Shown in pieces: positions 9,549 through 21,081 of a stretch of DNA of 64,000 bases (position 1 is the first letter of the stretch; every line of letters starts with the position of its first letter). Source of the DNA: Terriglobia bacterium (lineage in GTDB: Bacteria; Acidobacteriota; Terriglobia; 20CM-2-55-15); NCBI GenBank assembly GCA_965198225.1, contig CBDAOY010000007.1, forward strand, positions 192,001-256,000. The letters run 5' to 3'. Position numbers and translations under genes: made by a program. Under the pieces are notes generated by a model that was given only the letters and a program-made list of their open reading frames with translations, was not told the origin of the DNA and did no database searches.

Positions 9549-12500
9549 ATGAAGAAAGAGAGTTCACCGCCCAATGAGAAGGACGACGTTCGAGAGAACC
9601 GGGAGTCACGGGGAGCGTCAGGTTTGGGCCGGCGCCGGTTCATCCGCAACACGCTGGTCGCCTCGACGGCCGCGTCACTGGGCCAGGTGGGCGTCGTCCC
9701 GGCAGTGGGCCTCCCCATACAGGGTGGCGGAGGGCAGGGCCAGACCCGAGGGCCGGATGTCCCGGCCGTCCGGGCGGGCGCGACCGAGAATTGGAACGAG
9801 CCCTGGGTCTGGCGGCCGAGCGACTGGCCGGGCCAGCAACTGCACCTCAACGTCGTGGAAAACGAAAACCCCGGACGCGCGGTTGGCTTCGGCAATCCCG
9901 GCTCTATCCTGTTCAGTTACGGTGGCAACACACCGGGACCTACGATCCGGATGAGGGGCGACGAGATTCTCTTTGTGAAGCTCCGAAACATGCTTGGAGA
10001 AGACCTGGGCACGAGCGCGATCCGGGAAAGCCCGGACCCTAATGGACTCACTCCTGGCCTCGACATGCAAATCCGACGGCAGGGAGGCGACACCTACGCC
10101 GTCATTCCGGCCGAGGTCAAGCACGATACCTGCCTTGGGGAACACACTAATGGACTGCACGCCGCTCACGTCACCAATCTGCATACGCACGGACTTCACG
10201 TGCGGCCCGGCCGGAACCCGGATGGGACCCATTCCGACAACGTCATTCTCCGAGTGATGCCCCAGGCGGACCTTCTTCGCCGCGAAGAGCACGCGACGGA
10301 TCCGGATTGCCAGTTCTTGAGAGATCCCGGCCAGATTTCTTTTTTGCGAGACGACGAACAGGTCGGCGAGGCGGACTACGAGTTCCGACTGGGCAATGTC
10401 CAGCGCAAGAAGATGGAAAGGGAAGGCAAGCCCCCACAGCCGCACCCGGCGGGCACCTTCTGGTATCACCCCCACGCTCATGGCGCGACGCACAACCAGG
10501 TGGCCAGCGGCATGGCCGGGTTTCTCATCGTCGAAGGCGACATCGATGACACGGTGAACCGATTCTTCACGAACCGGACCGCCCCGGACCCGGAAGCGAA
10601 GACGGGCGACTACGACTACCGGGAGCGCCTGATGTTCATGCAGCGCGTTCTCAACCTGTCGCAGGACCCGGATGCGCCAGCCCGGCAACGAGGCCTGCGG
10701 CAGGCCGGCCGGAACCCGGCTCTCGTCAACGGCGACAGCGTACCGGCGATCATCCGGATGCGGCCGGGAGCCATCGAACGATGGCGCGTGATCAACGGAA
10801 GCGTCGACGGACGGGGCTTCAAACGGTTCATGGTGGTCAAAGGCCAGTACACGGTCCAGACGGTCCCGAACCCTGCGCCTCCTCCCCAGACCAGCATGGA
10901 GCTGTTCGAAGTGAACGAACAGGGTCAAACCGTCGGTCCGATCACGCTCGCCGACCTGGAGAGCCTGGAATCGCGGAAGCAGAATCTCTATCAGCTCTCG
11001 GTCGACGGGATCGCCCTGGTTACCGGCTCCGGAGACCAGGTCCGGTATGCGATCAAGGATCTCTCCGAGCAGAACGCGGGGTCTCGGAACCCTCTCTGGA
11101 CACCCGACCCCGATGCGTTGGAGTCGCTGGGCGCAGGTCCCGGCGACTCCAGCGTGGATACTCTGTCCAGGTTGAGAAACGTCTGGAAGAGTGGCACCAA
11201 CGTTCGGGATTGCTTCGTCCGCCCGAACGAGTTCTACATGGGACCAGCCAACCGGACGGATCTCTTCTTTCAGGCGCCCCGCCTCGGTTCCGACAGTCGG
11301 ACCGCCGCGGATTCCAATACCCGATATGATGTCTATACCGTATTGGCGAAGGCGGTGGTGGTCCACAGCGACAATCCCGATCAGACGGCCCAACGTCGGG
11401 TCAACGGCAATCGGCCGACCGCGTCTACGCCCTCGCCAGCCGACGTCGTCCTGGCCTATATCGTCGTGGAGGAGGCAGCCGGGCAGAATCCGATAGCCAA
11501 TTACGACATCAAGAGTCTTATCAACCGATTGTCCGACGACCTGCCGCCGGTTCAGGACTATCTGCTGCCCATCGGCGACGACGAACTCATCGTCTCGAGC
11601 GAAGAAGCCACCGCCCGCAACCTACCCCTCGATAGTCACCGCACCCGAACCATCACATACTCGGGTTGGGGTTCCCAAGACGCGCCGTTGCTGAGCACCT
11701 ACCCGACCGATCCGTCCGCCGGCAACTTTAATTCCTTCATCGAAAACGACCAAACCAACAACGGTGGCCGACTGGAGAACCTGATCTATGCCCGGAACGG
11801 CGTCGATGCGGATGGCAACCCCTACTATGTCGCCTTGCCCGCCGCCATTCGAACCATGGCCATCGGCTTCGACAACCCCAGTCCGATCGATCCCGATCCG
11901 CGGAACCTACCGCGCAAGTTCGATCCGACCGACCTGAACCGGGCCCGGATGCTCGAAGATACCGCCGAAGAGTGGGCGTTGTACAACGTCTCGGACATGC
12001 TGTGGGGGAATACACGACCAGTGCGAAAGGGACCGACCGACCCGGTCGACCAGAACAACGATCCCCGAGCGGCCGACTACACGCAGCCGACTACCCAGTT
12101 CAAGGAACACTATGTCTCCTACCCGATGTCGCGAAGGGAAGGACAGGAGATATTCGATCGGAACCACGACTTCCAGGTCGTCAGCCGCGGGGTCGACCAT
12201 CCGTTCCATATCCATCAGAATCCCTTTTGGGTGACGCGGATCGAGATCCCGGACGAGAACGGAGACCTCACCAACATACTGGACGAACCCCGGTGGATGG
12301 ACACCATCTGGATTCCCCGCCACCGGGGACGCGTCGTCTTTCGGTCTCGCTTTCCCGACTACGTCGGGGCGTACGTCCACCACTGCCATATCCTCCTGCA
12401 CGAGGACAACGGCATGATGCACGTGATCGAAGCGACTCCGTTCGTCAGCCAGAGCAACTACGTCGCTAAGGATGGCGCGAGCGACGCCGAGGGGAAGTTT

Positions 12501-12614
12501 CCACGTCCCACACGTCAGGATGCGTACAGGCGGAGCAGCATGTTTCTGGATCCCGATCCGAATACCGGCCAGAACTATCCGGGTTTCGACGTGGAGCCGC
12601 CGGAACTGGCCTGA
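9549..12614 (+). CDS. Large Tat-exported multicopper oxidase
   Basis: RRRFIR twin-arginine signal; Cu motifs TNLHTHG, WYHPH, HPFHIH and HCHILLHEDNGMM. Confidence 0.9.
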   Translation: MKKESSPPNEKDDVRENRESRGASGLGRRRFIRNTLVASTAASLGQVGVVPAVGLPIQGGGGQGQTRGPDVPAVRAGATENWNEPWVWRPSDWPGQQLHLNVVENENPGRAVGFGNPGSILFSYGGNTPGPTIRMRGDEILFVKLRNMLGEDLGTSAIRESPDPNGLTPGLDMQIRRQGGDTYAVIPAEVKHDTCLGEHTNGLHAAHVTNLHTHGLHVRPGRNPDGTHSDNVILRVMPQADLLRREEHATDPDCQFLRDPGQISFLRDDEQVGEADYEFRLGNVQRKKMEREGKPPQPHPAGTFWYHPHAHGATHNQVASGMAGFLIVEGDIDDTVNRFFTNRTAPDPEAKTGDYDYRERLMFMQRVLNLSQDPDAPARQRGLRQAGRNPALVNGDSVPAIIRMRPGAIERWRVINGSVDGRGFKRFMVVKGQYTVQTVPNPAPPPQTSMELFEVNEQGQTVGPITLADLESLESRKQNLYQLSVDGIALVTGSGDQVRYAIKDLSEQNAGSRNPLWTPDPDALESLGAGPGDSSVDTLSRLRNVWKSGTNVRDCFVRPNEFYMGPANRTDLFFQAPRLGSDSRTAADSNTRYDVYTVLAKAVVVHSDNPDQTAQRRVNGNRPTASTPSPADVVLAYIVVEEAAGQNPIANYDIKSLINRLSDDLPPVQDYLLPIGDDELIVSSEEATARNLPLDSHRTRTITYSGWGSQDAPLLSTYPTDPSAGNFNSFIENDQTNNGGRLENLIYARNGVDADGNPYYVALPAAIRTMAIGFDNPSPIDPDPRNLPRKFDPTDLNRARMLEDTAEEWALYNVSDMLWGNTRPVRKGPTDPVDQNNDPRAADYTQPTTQFKEHYVSYPMSRREGQEIFDRNHDFQVVSRGVDHPFHIHQNPFWVTRIEIPDENGDLTNILDEPRWMDTIWIPRHRGRVVFRSRFPDYVGAYVHHCHILLHEDNGMMHVIEATPFVSQSNYVAKDGASDAEGKFPRPTRQDAYRRSSMFLDPDPNTGQNYPGFDVEPPELA

Positions 12615-12709
12615 CCCGAATCTGGAGCTTCGGCCAAAGTTGGCAGCCGTCATTGTGTCGGAAGCTTCCTGGAAGTTGAACCGGTGAACCAATCGAGGAA
12701 TCGGCACCC

Positions 12710-14761
12710 ATGAGCAGACAATTCGATCGCGTCCTGATCGTCATGTTCGAGAACCAGTACCGTCGGTACGTGATGCAGGACCCATTCATGCGCAAACTGG
12801 CGGAGGCAGGCGCCGACATGGCGAACTACTTCGGCGCGTTTCATCCCTCGCAGACCAACTACATCGCATCGCTGGCTGCCGAGGTCTGCGCCGTGACGAA
12901 CGACACACCTCCGGCTGAACCACTATTGCAACAGACTCTGGTCGATCTGCTCGAGGACGGCGGGATCTCCTGGAAGGCTTATATGGAGGACTATCCGGGG
13001 AATACGTGGAATCCGGCCTGGCAACAGTCCGGTTATCCCTCCAGCGACCAACCCCTCAACGAGTACCCGGGTCTCAAAAGCACCGACCTGGCAAGGTTCT
13101 ACCGCAAGCACAACGCTTTCGCGTCGTTCCACACCATTCAGCGGGATGAGAAGCGCTGGGCCAGGATCGTCGGCGCAACCGAGTTCTGGACGGACGTCGA
13201 AAGCGATTCACTGCCCGAATACGGCTGGTTTACGCCCAACATCTGGAACGACGGACACTACCTCCACAACACGCATGTGGACACTGATCCGCGGACCCAG
13301 CTGGTTCCGCAGATATCACGTTGGTTGGAGTACGTGTTCCTCGGCAGGATCGCCGGCGCGAAGGTGCAAGGCGGATCGGGGGTCGGGCAAGGCTTCATCG
13401 GTCTCAACCTCGACCTCGATCTACTGCTCACGGATCCAGCGGCGGCATGGAGCAAATCCCGTGTTCCCAAGGGCACCCTGATCGTGGTGACGTTCGACGA
13501 AGCCGATTTCGACGCCACGGGCTACGACACGAACTACGATGGACCCAACCAGGTCTACACGGTCTTGCTTGGAGACATGATTCGCCCCGGCACCTTTGTT
13601 CAAACTCCATACAATCACTACAGCTTGATCAGGACGATCGAGCGCAACTACGAAATCGGAGACCTTGGCAAGAACGATCGTGACGCGAACTGGTTCCGGT
13701 TTCTCTGGAACGAGAAGTTTGCGTGGTCGGATCCTGCTCCAACAGGTATCGCGACAGCGGGCCACATTGCGCTGACCAGCCCAGCAGCGACGCAGCAAGG
13801 CCCAGGCGGCGCACCAAACGCCCTGCTCGCATTCGACGAGGGAGGCGGCAGCATCATGTCGGCGTCCCTCCAGGACGGTGCGTGGTCCGACCCCGAATCG
13901 ACCGGCCTGAAGGCAAACGGCCGCATCGCCATGGCGACTGTTGGAGACGTCGTCCACCTCGTCATGGTCAACGACGATCAGCTCCTTCGTTGTTCGTACC
14001 AGCCGGGCGAGGGATGGTCGGAAGCAAGGCCCATGAATCTGACCGCTTCCGGCGGCATCGCATTGAGCGCCTACAACGACTACGCCGATCAGAGACAGAA
14101 GTTGATGCTGTGCTGGACGGGCCAGAACGGATTCATCAGATTCCTGATCTTCGACCGAGGCGAGTGGCAAGGCGAGCCGGGAGATGTCGGCCAATTGACC
14201 GACGGCCCAATGGCCCTTCGGCAACTGGGCCCGTCTCTGTTCCTCGTCTACAAGGAACGCAACACCAGAAAGCTCCGGATGACGACCTTCAATCTGGGCC
14301 CGTTCAACGCGTTTCACGCGGTGGACTTCACCAATGACCCTGCCCCTGCGAACGATACTTCCTTGCACGCCTGGTCCCCTTTCGACGTGCACGTCGGCCA
14401 CTTCGCCGGGAAATCGAATACCGTGCAAAACGACTACCAGGCGTTGGGCGACCTCGCCATGGCGACCATTGAAGGAGGAGAAATGCATCTCGTCCATCGA
14501 GGTGCGTATCGGGATACTCCCACCGCTTTCACCGAGATCTTCGGCCTTACAGGGATCTTTACTGCCAGCCAGTCCGAGACCAACGGCTTCGGCACGATGC
14601 GCCAGGCCGGATGGACGCGTGAACAGGAATACTCGAAGATTTGTCTCGACCCCGACAATCCGATCGCAATGGCTTCGGATGGGAGCCGACTGTTGATGGT
14701 GTGGCGTGACGCAGGGACGGGCCAGGCACTGCAGTTTTGTGTTGGGAGCTATGGTGTATAG
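12710..14761 (+). CDS. Phosphoesterase family (acid phosphatase/PLC-like) protein with C-terminal beta-rich domain
   Basis: LIVMFEN, HPSQTNY, ISWKAYME, RKHNAF, TPNIWNDGH, VTFDE and YNHYSLIRTIE motifs. Confidence 0.85.
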   Translation: MSRQFDRVLIVMFENQYRRYVMQDPFMRKLAEAGADMANYFGAFHPSQTNYIASLAAEVCAVTNDTPPAEPLLQQTLVDLLEDGGISWKAYMEDYPGNTWNPAWQQSGYPSSDQPLNEYPGLKSTDLARFYRKHNAFASFHTIQRDEKRWARIVGATEFWTDVESDSLPEYGWFTPNIWNDGHYLHNTHVDTDPRTQLVPQISRWLEYVFLGRIAGAKVQGGSGVGQGFIGLNLDLDLLLTDPAAAWSKSRVPKGTLIVVTFDEADFDATGYDTNYDGPNQVYTVLLGDMIRPGTFVQTPYNHYSLIRTIERNYEIGDLGKNDRDANWFRFLWNEKFAWSDPAPTGIATAGHIALTSPAATQQGPGGAPNALLAFDEGGGSIMSASLQDGAWSDPESTGLKANGRIAMATVGDVVHLVMVNDDQLLRCSYQPGEGWSEARPMNLTASGGIALSAYNDYADQRQKLMLCWTGQNGFIRFLIFDRGEWQGEPGDVGQLTDGPMALRQLGPSLFLVYKERNTRKLRMTTFNLGPFNAFHAVDFTNDPAPANDTSLHAWSPFDVHVGHFAGKSNTVQNDYQALGDLAMATIEGGEMHLVHRGAYRDTPTAFTEIFGLTGIFTASQSETNGFGTMRQAGWTREQEYSKICLDPDNPIAMASDGSRLLMVWRDAGTGQALQFCVGSYGV

Positions 14762-14866
14762 CGCGGCCCTGCATTTATCAAACCGGCAGGCGCACCCGCC
14801 GCTACCGGGAGCAGTTGGGGAAGGAGGTGTGTGTCGATCCCCGATGCGTCTTGATGGAAACCCGCG

Positions 14867-16297
14867 TCAGTTGGTCCCAACCACAAACGTCGTTTCGTCT
14901 TCGCCGTCGGCGTTTTTGATGGTTATGGTCCAGCCTTCGGCGGCCGGCTCGATCACCCCGAAATCGATGTTGTGGATGAACGTCAGGTCTTGCTTGTCTA
15001 CGCCCAATTCCTGAAGCACCGAGGGGTTGGCATCGAGCAACGCGTCGGTGATCTCCGGGTCCAGCGCGGTCGCGCCGCCTCCAAAGACCAGTTGAGGGGG
15101 CCGTCCGTCTGTGAAGGCCAGCTTTTCAAATTGATGCACATGCCCTGCAATTAACATTTTGACCGAAGCCGGGATGCCCTGGTCCTCGGACTGTTTCAAA
15201 GCAGCCTGAAGGGTGAGGTCGGTGAAGGCGATTTTCGGCACGCCGTTGTCAAGAAAACTGGCGACGGCCCAAAAGGGGCGGTGCGTGGTGAGCCAGGCGG
15301 GAGTCCCTTCGCTGGCAAGGCCGTCTATGACGGTGAATTCCTGAGCATAGCGCGCCACGGTGGCGGGATCCGGCGTGGCCGCATAGTCATCGGGGATCTC
15401 CGACGTGTCCATGACGAGGATGTCCTGAGGACCGGCGGGCACTCGATACGGATCGGTGTAATCTTGACAGTTTTCCCACGTCCAGGGGTCGTCTGGCAGG
15501 GTGACGAGGTCGAGAAAATAGAACCACCCTTTCCAGGCACGGGCGGTGGACGGGTCCGTGCCGCAATCTTCATGGTTGCCCCGAATAAACACCCAGGGCG
15601 CTTGCGGAAGAAGGGTTTTCGCCGGCTCGAAGAAGTCCGCTTTCCAACTGGCCCACGTGTACCCGATGTTGCTTTGCTCGCATCGCGCATCGCAGGTCCC
15701 AGACTCACGGTAGTGATAGTCGCCAACGTGAATAATCAGATCCGGGCCGACCGCGTCGATGCTGGCGGCGACTGCAGCGAAGTTCCAGGCAGGTCCCAGA
15801 CTGTCTACGTCCACCCCTGTGCAGTTTTGAACATCGTTTCCTTTGACCCGGCACCCGGTGTCGCCCACGACGACGATCCTTTGAGGGGAGGATACCGGGA
15901 CCGCCAACGCCTGACCGTCAATGGACGCCGAGGCCGTCCCGGAAGGGATCCCATATTCGCACACCTGGATCTCTTCGAACATCGGCGGTGACGCAGGGCT
16001 TCGAAGGGTCATCGTGTGCGTCGTTCCGTCGAGTTGGATGTTCGGACAACCGCCGTTCTGTGCCGTGACTGCCCGCGCCACGGCGTTGCCCTCCGGCCCT
16101 AACGCGACCCATAAATAGTCTGCGGAAGCAGCGTCGTCGGCCTCAGTGGCTTGATCGTCCGAGCAAGAGAGCGCCGCAAGCACCAAAAACGCGCCGATGA
16201 AGCACAGACGAGAACCTCGAAAAGATCGGGGCGCGTAGCGGACTGTGGCGACAGGCTCACGCGGCGTGACTACGGATTTTCGCCCGGCGAATATCAT
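14867..16297 (-). CDS. Calcineurin-like metallophosphoesterase lipoprotein
   Basis: Lipobox ALSC; GDTG, GDYHY, RGNHE, THRP and GHVH motifs. Confidence 0.85.
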   Translation of the reverse strand: MIFAGRKSVVTPREPVATVRYAPRSFRGSRLCFIGAFLVLAALSCSDDQATEADDAASADYLWVALGPEGNAVARAVTAQNGGCPNIQLDGTTHTMTLRSPASPPMFEEIQVCEYGIPSGTASASIDGQALAVPVSSPQRIVVVGDTGCRVKGNDVQNCTGVDVDSLGPAWNFAAVAASIDAVGPDLIIHVGDYHYRESGTCDARCEQSNIGYTWASWKADFFEPAKTLLPQAPWVFIRGNHEDCGTDPSTARAWKGWFYFLDLVTLPDDPWTWENCQDYTDPYRVPAGPQDILVMDTSEIPDDYAATPDPATVARYAQEFTVIDGLASEGTPAWLTTHRPFWAVASFLDNGVPKIAFTDLTLQAALKQSEDQGIPASVKMLIAGHVHQFEKLAFTDGRPPQLVFGGGATALDPEITDALLDANPSVLQELGVDKQDLTFIHNIDFGVIEPAAEGWTITIKNADGEDETTFVVGTN

Positions 16298-16449
16298 CTA
16301 ATTCCTCAAGCGTCCATCGATCGACAAACGCATAGTATCAATTGTCATGGAAAACATTTGGGTAGTAGCGGGATTTTAGTAGGATTGGGACCGATTTGAA
16401 GGAATCTGGGAATTGTCACTAGAACAACACGCCTTGGGGAGACAACGTC

Positions 16450-17827
16450 ATGATCTTGAAGGAACCGACTGTTGGCCCGATCATTGGTTGGACGACCACG
16501 AATTCCGTCAGGCTTTGGATTAGAGGCGATAAGAGCTCGAACAACCGGACTTTCGGCGTCGCTCGAATACGGAAGAGCGGAGCGAAAAGGTTCGGTCAAC
16601 CCAAAGTCTTCAAAATGATGCCGGTGTTTGATTTCACGGGCATCGTCAACTTTGACGGCCTGTCTACAAATCAAGGCTACGACTATCAGATCGGATACGT
16701 CTTTGCCGATGGCGAACCCGACGACTTATCGATCAGTTCGAAAGATGATTGGAGTGATGCTGCGCACGGCACTCTTCGGACGGCGGTTTCAAACTCCACC
16801 GACCACACGTCATTTATTTTCGGGTCATGTCGGTACTTGTTGCGCCTGTTCGGCGGGTCATTCTTTGATGGCCGCGGCGACAAAACCTTTAGATCGATCA
16901 ACCGACAGATCAGTGCCGGAAAATCGACGGATTTGTTGTTAATGGTCGGCGATCAAATCTACGCTGATGACCTCAATTTCCTTGCGCCTGATAATCAAGT
17001 CGACGAATTCCTTTCCCGTTACCGCAAAGTCTTTGGCCAAAAACACATTCGGGAACTCATGAGCCGATTGCCGACCTACATGACATTGGATGATCACGAA
17101 ATCAGCAATGATTGGGATCAGGACCGCGTCAAGAAAGAGGGCGACCTTTTTGCCGCCGCCATTCATGCTTACGAGTGTTATCAGTTTGTCCACGGCCCCG
17201 GCTTTCGGTTTTCGGGCAAAGCGAACAGGTCCGACACGCCCCAAAAGCTCTGGTACAGATTCCGACGGCAAATCGACCTTTTTCGTTACAGAGCGCTATT
17301 CCTCTTATGAACCGGAGCAGATGATCAGCCCGGAGCAAATGGACGCGCTGAAAAAATGGCTGGTCGCCCCTGGGCAGGGCACGAATACCAAATTCATAGT
17401 TACATCGGTGCCGTTCTTTCCCGATACGCGTTCAGGCTCAAAAGACAAGTGGTCTGGCTTTACCGAACAGCGACTGGAAATTCTGGAATACATCCGCAGG
17501 AACAAGGTTTCCAAGGTCGTATTCCTTTCCGGCGACGTCCACTGTTCGATGGCTGGACAACTCAAATGTGCGGGTGATCCGGATTTCCTAGTAACGTCCG
17601 TTGTTTCTTCGTCGTTTTTCTGGCCCTATCCACAGGGTCAGGCTTCGGGGTTCAAACTCAAAGGAACACTCGAAAACAGCGGTGGCCAGAACTACACCCT
17701 GTCAGGCTTCGGGAAGGTCCATTCCGACGACAATTTCACACGCCTCTCGACGGGCCACGGTAAATTAAGAGTGGAATTCTTCGAACGGAAGGGAGCGCTC
17801 TTGGGGACTAGAACATTAACCTTGTGA
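16450..17827 (+). CDS. phoD: Alkaline phosphatase D family protein, frameshifted near 17260
   Basis: FGSC, GDQIYAD and LDDHEI in the first frame; DKWSGF..QR and LSGDVH in the second frame (17090..17827). Confidence 0.8.
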
Positions 17828-17935
17828 CGAGAGAAGGCACTGCGCCCCTGAGGACCGTTCCGCTCCGAAGGCGTGTTCGGGACATTGGTCTGGAGCGAGC
17901 GATGGAGAATCATATCGGCGTAAATGCGATCGTAG

Positions 17936-19605
17936 ATGGAAACAAACGTGATCCCCTCTGAATCGCCTCACTCAGCTCTCTTCTGGCAGGATTCGGACGG
18001 CAATGAGCGTTCCTTTGTCCTAGACGGCGACCGGACCACGATCGGTCGGCAGGACAGTGATGTCGTGATTCTCGACCCGGCTGTCTCGCGGAGCCACGCT
18101 TTCATCGATAGAGTCGACGGCGGTTATCTCATTACGGACAACGACAGCAAGCAAGGCACCTTGGTCAACGGGGAAGCCATCAAGTCCCACGTCCTGGAGC
18201 TCGGAGACCGAATCGAGCTCGCAAGAAAGAGATTCGTCTTGCACTTCAACTGCTGGTCCCGTCCAACAGATCACACCGACCACGCTGCTGGCACCTCCCG
18301 TTCGACCTGATCGAGCGTTCAATCAGCGACATCCAGACCGCACTGATGTCGGATTCCTCCATTCTCGACAAGGTCTCCTGCATTCTCGAGTTCCGGTACC
18401 GGTGGGAACACTTGTTTACGCCGGACGTGGCTTTTGAACAGATCCTCAGCTCTCTGTTGAAGATCAGCCGGGGGGAACGTGCGTTCATGCTCGTCCGGAA
18501 AGGCGATGGCTTTGGCTACGCTTCCGGGATGGGATCGGACGGCCAGACGTTGAGCGAGGACAAGTTTCAGACGAGCCGAACTGTGGTTTCGAGGGTACTG
18601 AAGAGCGGCCGTCCGCTATTCATGACTGAAGAGCTCGATCGGGTCATTGCCGAGCAGCAGAGCATCATGGCGATGCGACTGGGGGCGGTTGCCTGCATTC
18701 CTCTTTACGGTATCCCGGCCGAGGGCGATACCCCGGTCATCCTGGGCATCCTGTACGTCGACAGCACCAAACCCATGCACTCCTTGACCGGCCTGGACGA
18801 AAAGATCGTGAGCAAGCTGGCGCTCGAGGCCGCCAATGTGCTGGAGCGCATCGAGCTCGTCAAGAGCATCGAGCAACGCCAGGCGCTGGAGCAAGAGCTG
18901 GCGTTGGCGGAAGAAACACAGAAGGCTTTGTTGCCGACCGAGCTCCCCGAGATCGAAGGCTTTCGTTTCTGTGGGTATTCCAAGCCGACCCGCTATGTCG
19001 GTGGAGATTTCTACGACTTCATGCCGGCGTCTGACGACGGCTTCTATGGACTGCTGGGCGACGTGTCGGGTAAGGGGGTTGCCGCCTCGCTCGTCAGTTC
19101 GATGGCGCTGGGGTGTTTGAGGACACAACTGCGGTCAGGCCAGCCACTTGTCGCTCCGGCCGAATTGCTGAACCAGTTGCTCTTTGAAACCTCCCCGGAA
19201 CGCTTCGTGACGCTGTTCCTGCTTCAGCTGGGTCGCGACGGTCGTGGCAGCTACCTGAGCGCGGGTCACAATACCGCTTTTCTCTACCGAAGAGGATCAG
19301 GGGGGGTGGAGGACATCTCCTCAAACAACCTGATCGTAGGGGCGTTCGACTTCGCGACGTTCCACTCTGCTTCGATCACGCTGGAGTCGGGGGACGTCCT
19401 GCTGGTTTACTCGGATGGCCTCAGTGAGGCGGAAAATCCGGCCGGGACGATGCTAGGTGAGGACGCCATTCGAGAGACGCTGAAGGAAAGTGCGGAAGCC
19501 GGGGCGAACGAGGTCGAGGCTGCGCTGCTCGATCTGGTCGATGTCTTTACGGAGGGTCACAGCCAGAGCGACGACATTACGATGGTCATTATCGAGTCGT
19601 TATGA
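17936..19605 (+). CDS. FHA-GAF-SpoIIE/PP2C phosphatase (split by indels at ~18250-18300)
   Basis: FHA motifs IGR, VSRSHA and NDSKQGTLVNG; GAF LGILYVDS; PP2C VGGDFYDF, GDVSGKG, YSDGLSE and DDIT. Confidence 0.8.
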
Positions 19606-19896
19606 GGCTCGACTGCACACCACCTCCGGACTGTGAGCGCGACGCCCAGTTATTGTCTCAAGGGAACTGGGCCAGGGCGGTATGGGATCGGTCTGGCTGG
19701 CGCAGTTTCGAGGTCAGGTCGTCAGGTTGCGATCAATACACTACCCAGATGAGACATTTCTTCCGCTTGAATCCCACCTGTAGGTCAACACATCCCTTCT
19801 AATCGTAGACTTTCCACACAGGGGAATTTATTCTTCCTACGCTGCGAGGCCGTTTCCGGGGGAAGCGGGTCGCCAGCGAGCGTCGGAGGATCATTT

Positions 19897-20895
19897 ATGA
19901 AACCGAGTCGAAGACAGTTCTTGAAGAGCGCAAGCGTGGCAAGTATCGCGGCGTTGGCGGGCAGTCCCGTAGGCGCGCGCAGTTCCGAGGCCCAGAGCGG
20001 CGCCGGTCCGCGTGTGCGTATGGTCGAGACCCCGATTCTCGACATCGGGTACGAAGAGCATGGGGATAGCGAGGGGTTTCCGATCATCCTCCTGCACGGC
20101 TTTCCCTACGATGTGCGATCGTGGGACGGGGTAGCGCCGCCCCTGGCCGATGCCGGTTACAGGGTTCTCGTGCCATATCTTCGCGGGTACGGCCTTACGC
20201 GCTTTCGCGATTCCGATGTACTGCGCACGGCCGAGCAGGCTGCGATCGCTCAGGACGTGATCGATTTTGCCGATGCGCTCAGCCTGGAGCAGTGCGCACT
20301 GGCGGGTTTCGACTGGGGGAATCGTGCGGCCTGCATCGCGGCGATCCTGCACCCCGAACGGGTGAGGGCCCAGGTGGCCATCGGTGGGTATTCAGTACAG
20401 AACACGGTGACCCCTGGGCGGCCCGCACCAGCCGTCGCTGAGGCGAGGCGCTGGTACCAGTGGTACTTCAATACGGACCAGGGGCGGGCCGGGCTCGAGG
20501 CGAATCGCCGGGACATCATCCGGTACCTGTGGGAGACGTGGTCGCCCGGCTGGGAGTATACAGACGAGGCGTTCAACCGCTCGGCCCCCTCGTTCGACAA
20601 TCCTGACTTCGTGGATGTCGTCATCCACTCATACCGGCACCGGCATTTGAACGCTCCGGGGGAGAAGCGCTTCCTGGCGGTGGAACGCCGGTTGGCGGAG
20701 CGGCCGCCGATCCAGGTGCCGGCCATTGTGCTGCGTGCGGCAGAGGGCGGCTTTGGCCGCCCCTCGCAGGACCCGTCAGGAGACGAAGCAAGATTCCCAG
20801 GGCTCGTTGCGCGCCGTATCATTGAGAAGGCAGGACACAACCTGCCGGTGCAGCGGCCCGATGCGGTGTCGGCGGCCCTGTTTAAGCTGCTATAG
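19897..20895 (+). CDS. Tat-exported alpha/beta hydrolase (epoxide hydrolase-like)
   Basis: SRRQFLK signal; LLHGFP, GFDWG nucleophile elbow, and AGHNL. Confidence 0.9.
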   Translation: MKPSRRQFLKSASVASIAALAGSPVGARSSEAQSGAGPRVRMVETPILDIGYEEHGDSEGFPIILLHGFPYDVRSWDGVAPPLADAGYRVLVPYLRGYGLTRFRDSDVLRTAEQAAIAQDVIDFADALSLEQCALAGFDWGNRAACIAAILHPERVRAQVAIGGYSVQNTVTPGRPAPAVAEARRWYQWYFNTDQGRAGLEANRRDIIRYLWETWSPGWEYTDEAFNRSAPSFDNPDFVDVVIHSYRHRHLNAPGEKRFLAVERRLAERPPIQVPAIVLRAAEGGFGRPSQDPSGDEARFPGLVARRIIEKAGHNLPVQRPDAVSAALFKLL

Positions 20896-20897
20896 GG

Positions 20898-20952
20898 GAC
20901 CATGGTGTTACCTGGTATTCGGCGGGAAACTGTTCAGGAGATTGTTCAGTCG
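20898..20952 (+). repeat. Partial right arm of the att-like repeat (copy F)
   Basis: GACCATGGTGTTACCTGGTATTCGGCGGGAAACTGTTCAGGAGATTGTTCAGTC matches 22120-22172. Confidence 0.75.
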
Positions 20953-21081
20953 GGTGCGTCCTCCGTACTGGTTCCCTGCGTCTGGTTCAGTGGGCTGACT
21001 CTCCGGACCAAGGGGCTCGAAACCACTGCTACTGCCTCTCCTTGATCCCGGCATGCGCAGGCAGTAGGTGGATTCCGGGCT

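Noticed and set aside
9675-11393. Long antisense ORFs (572 aa here; similar at 13421-14497, 60390-61412 and 5338-6282)
   Set aside because: Shadow frames of well-supported GC-rich genes, with no recognisable motifs.
17255-17295. Programmed frameshift in phoD
   Set aside because: No clear slippery site with a stimulator, and similar indels occur throughout the window.
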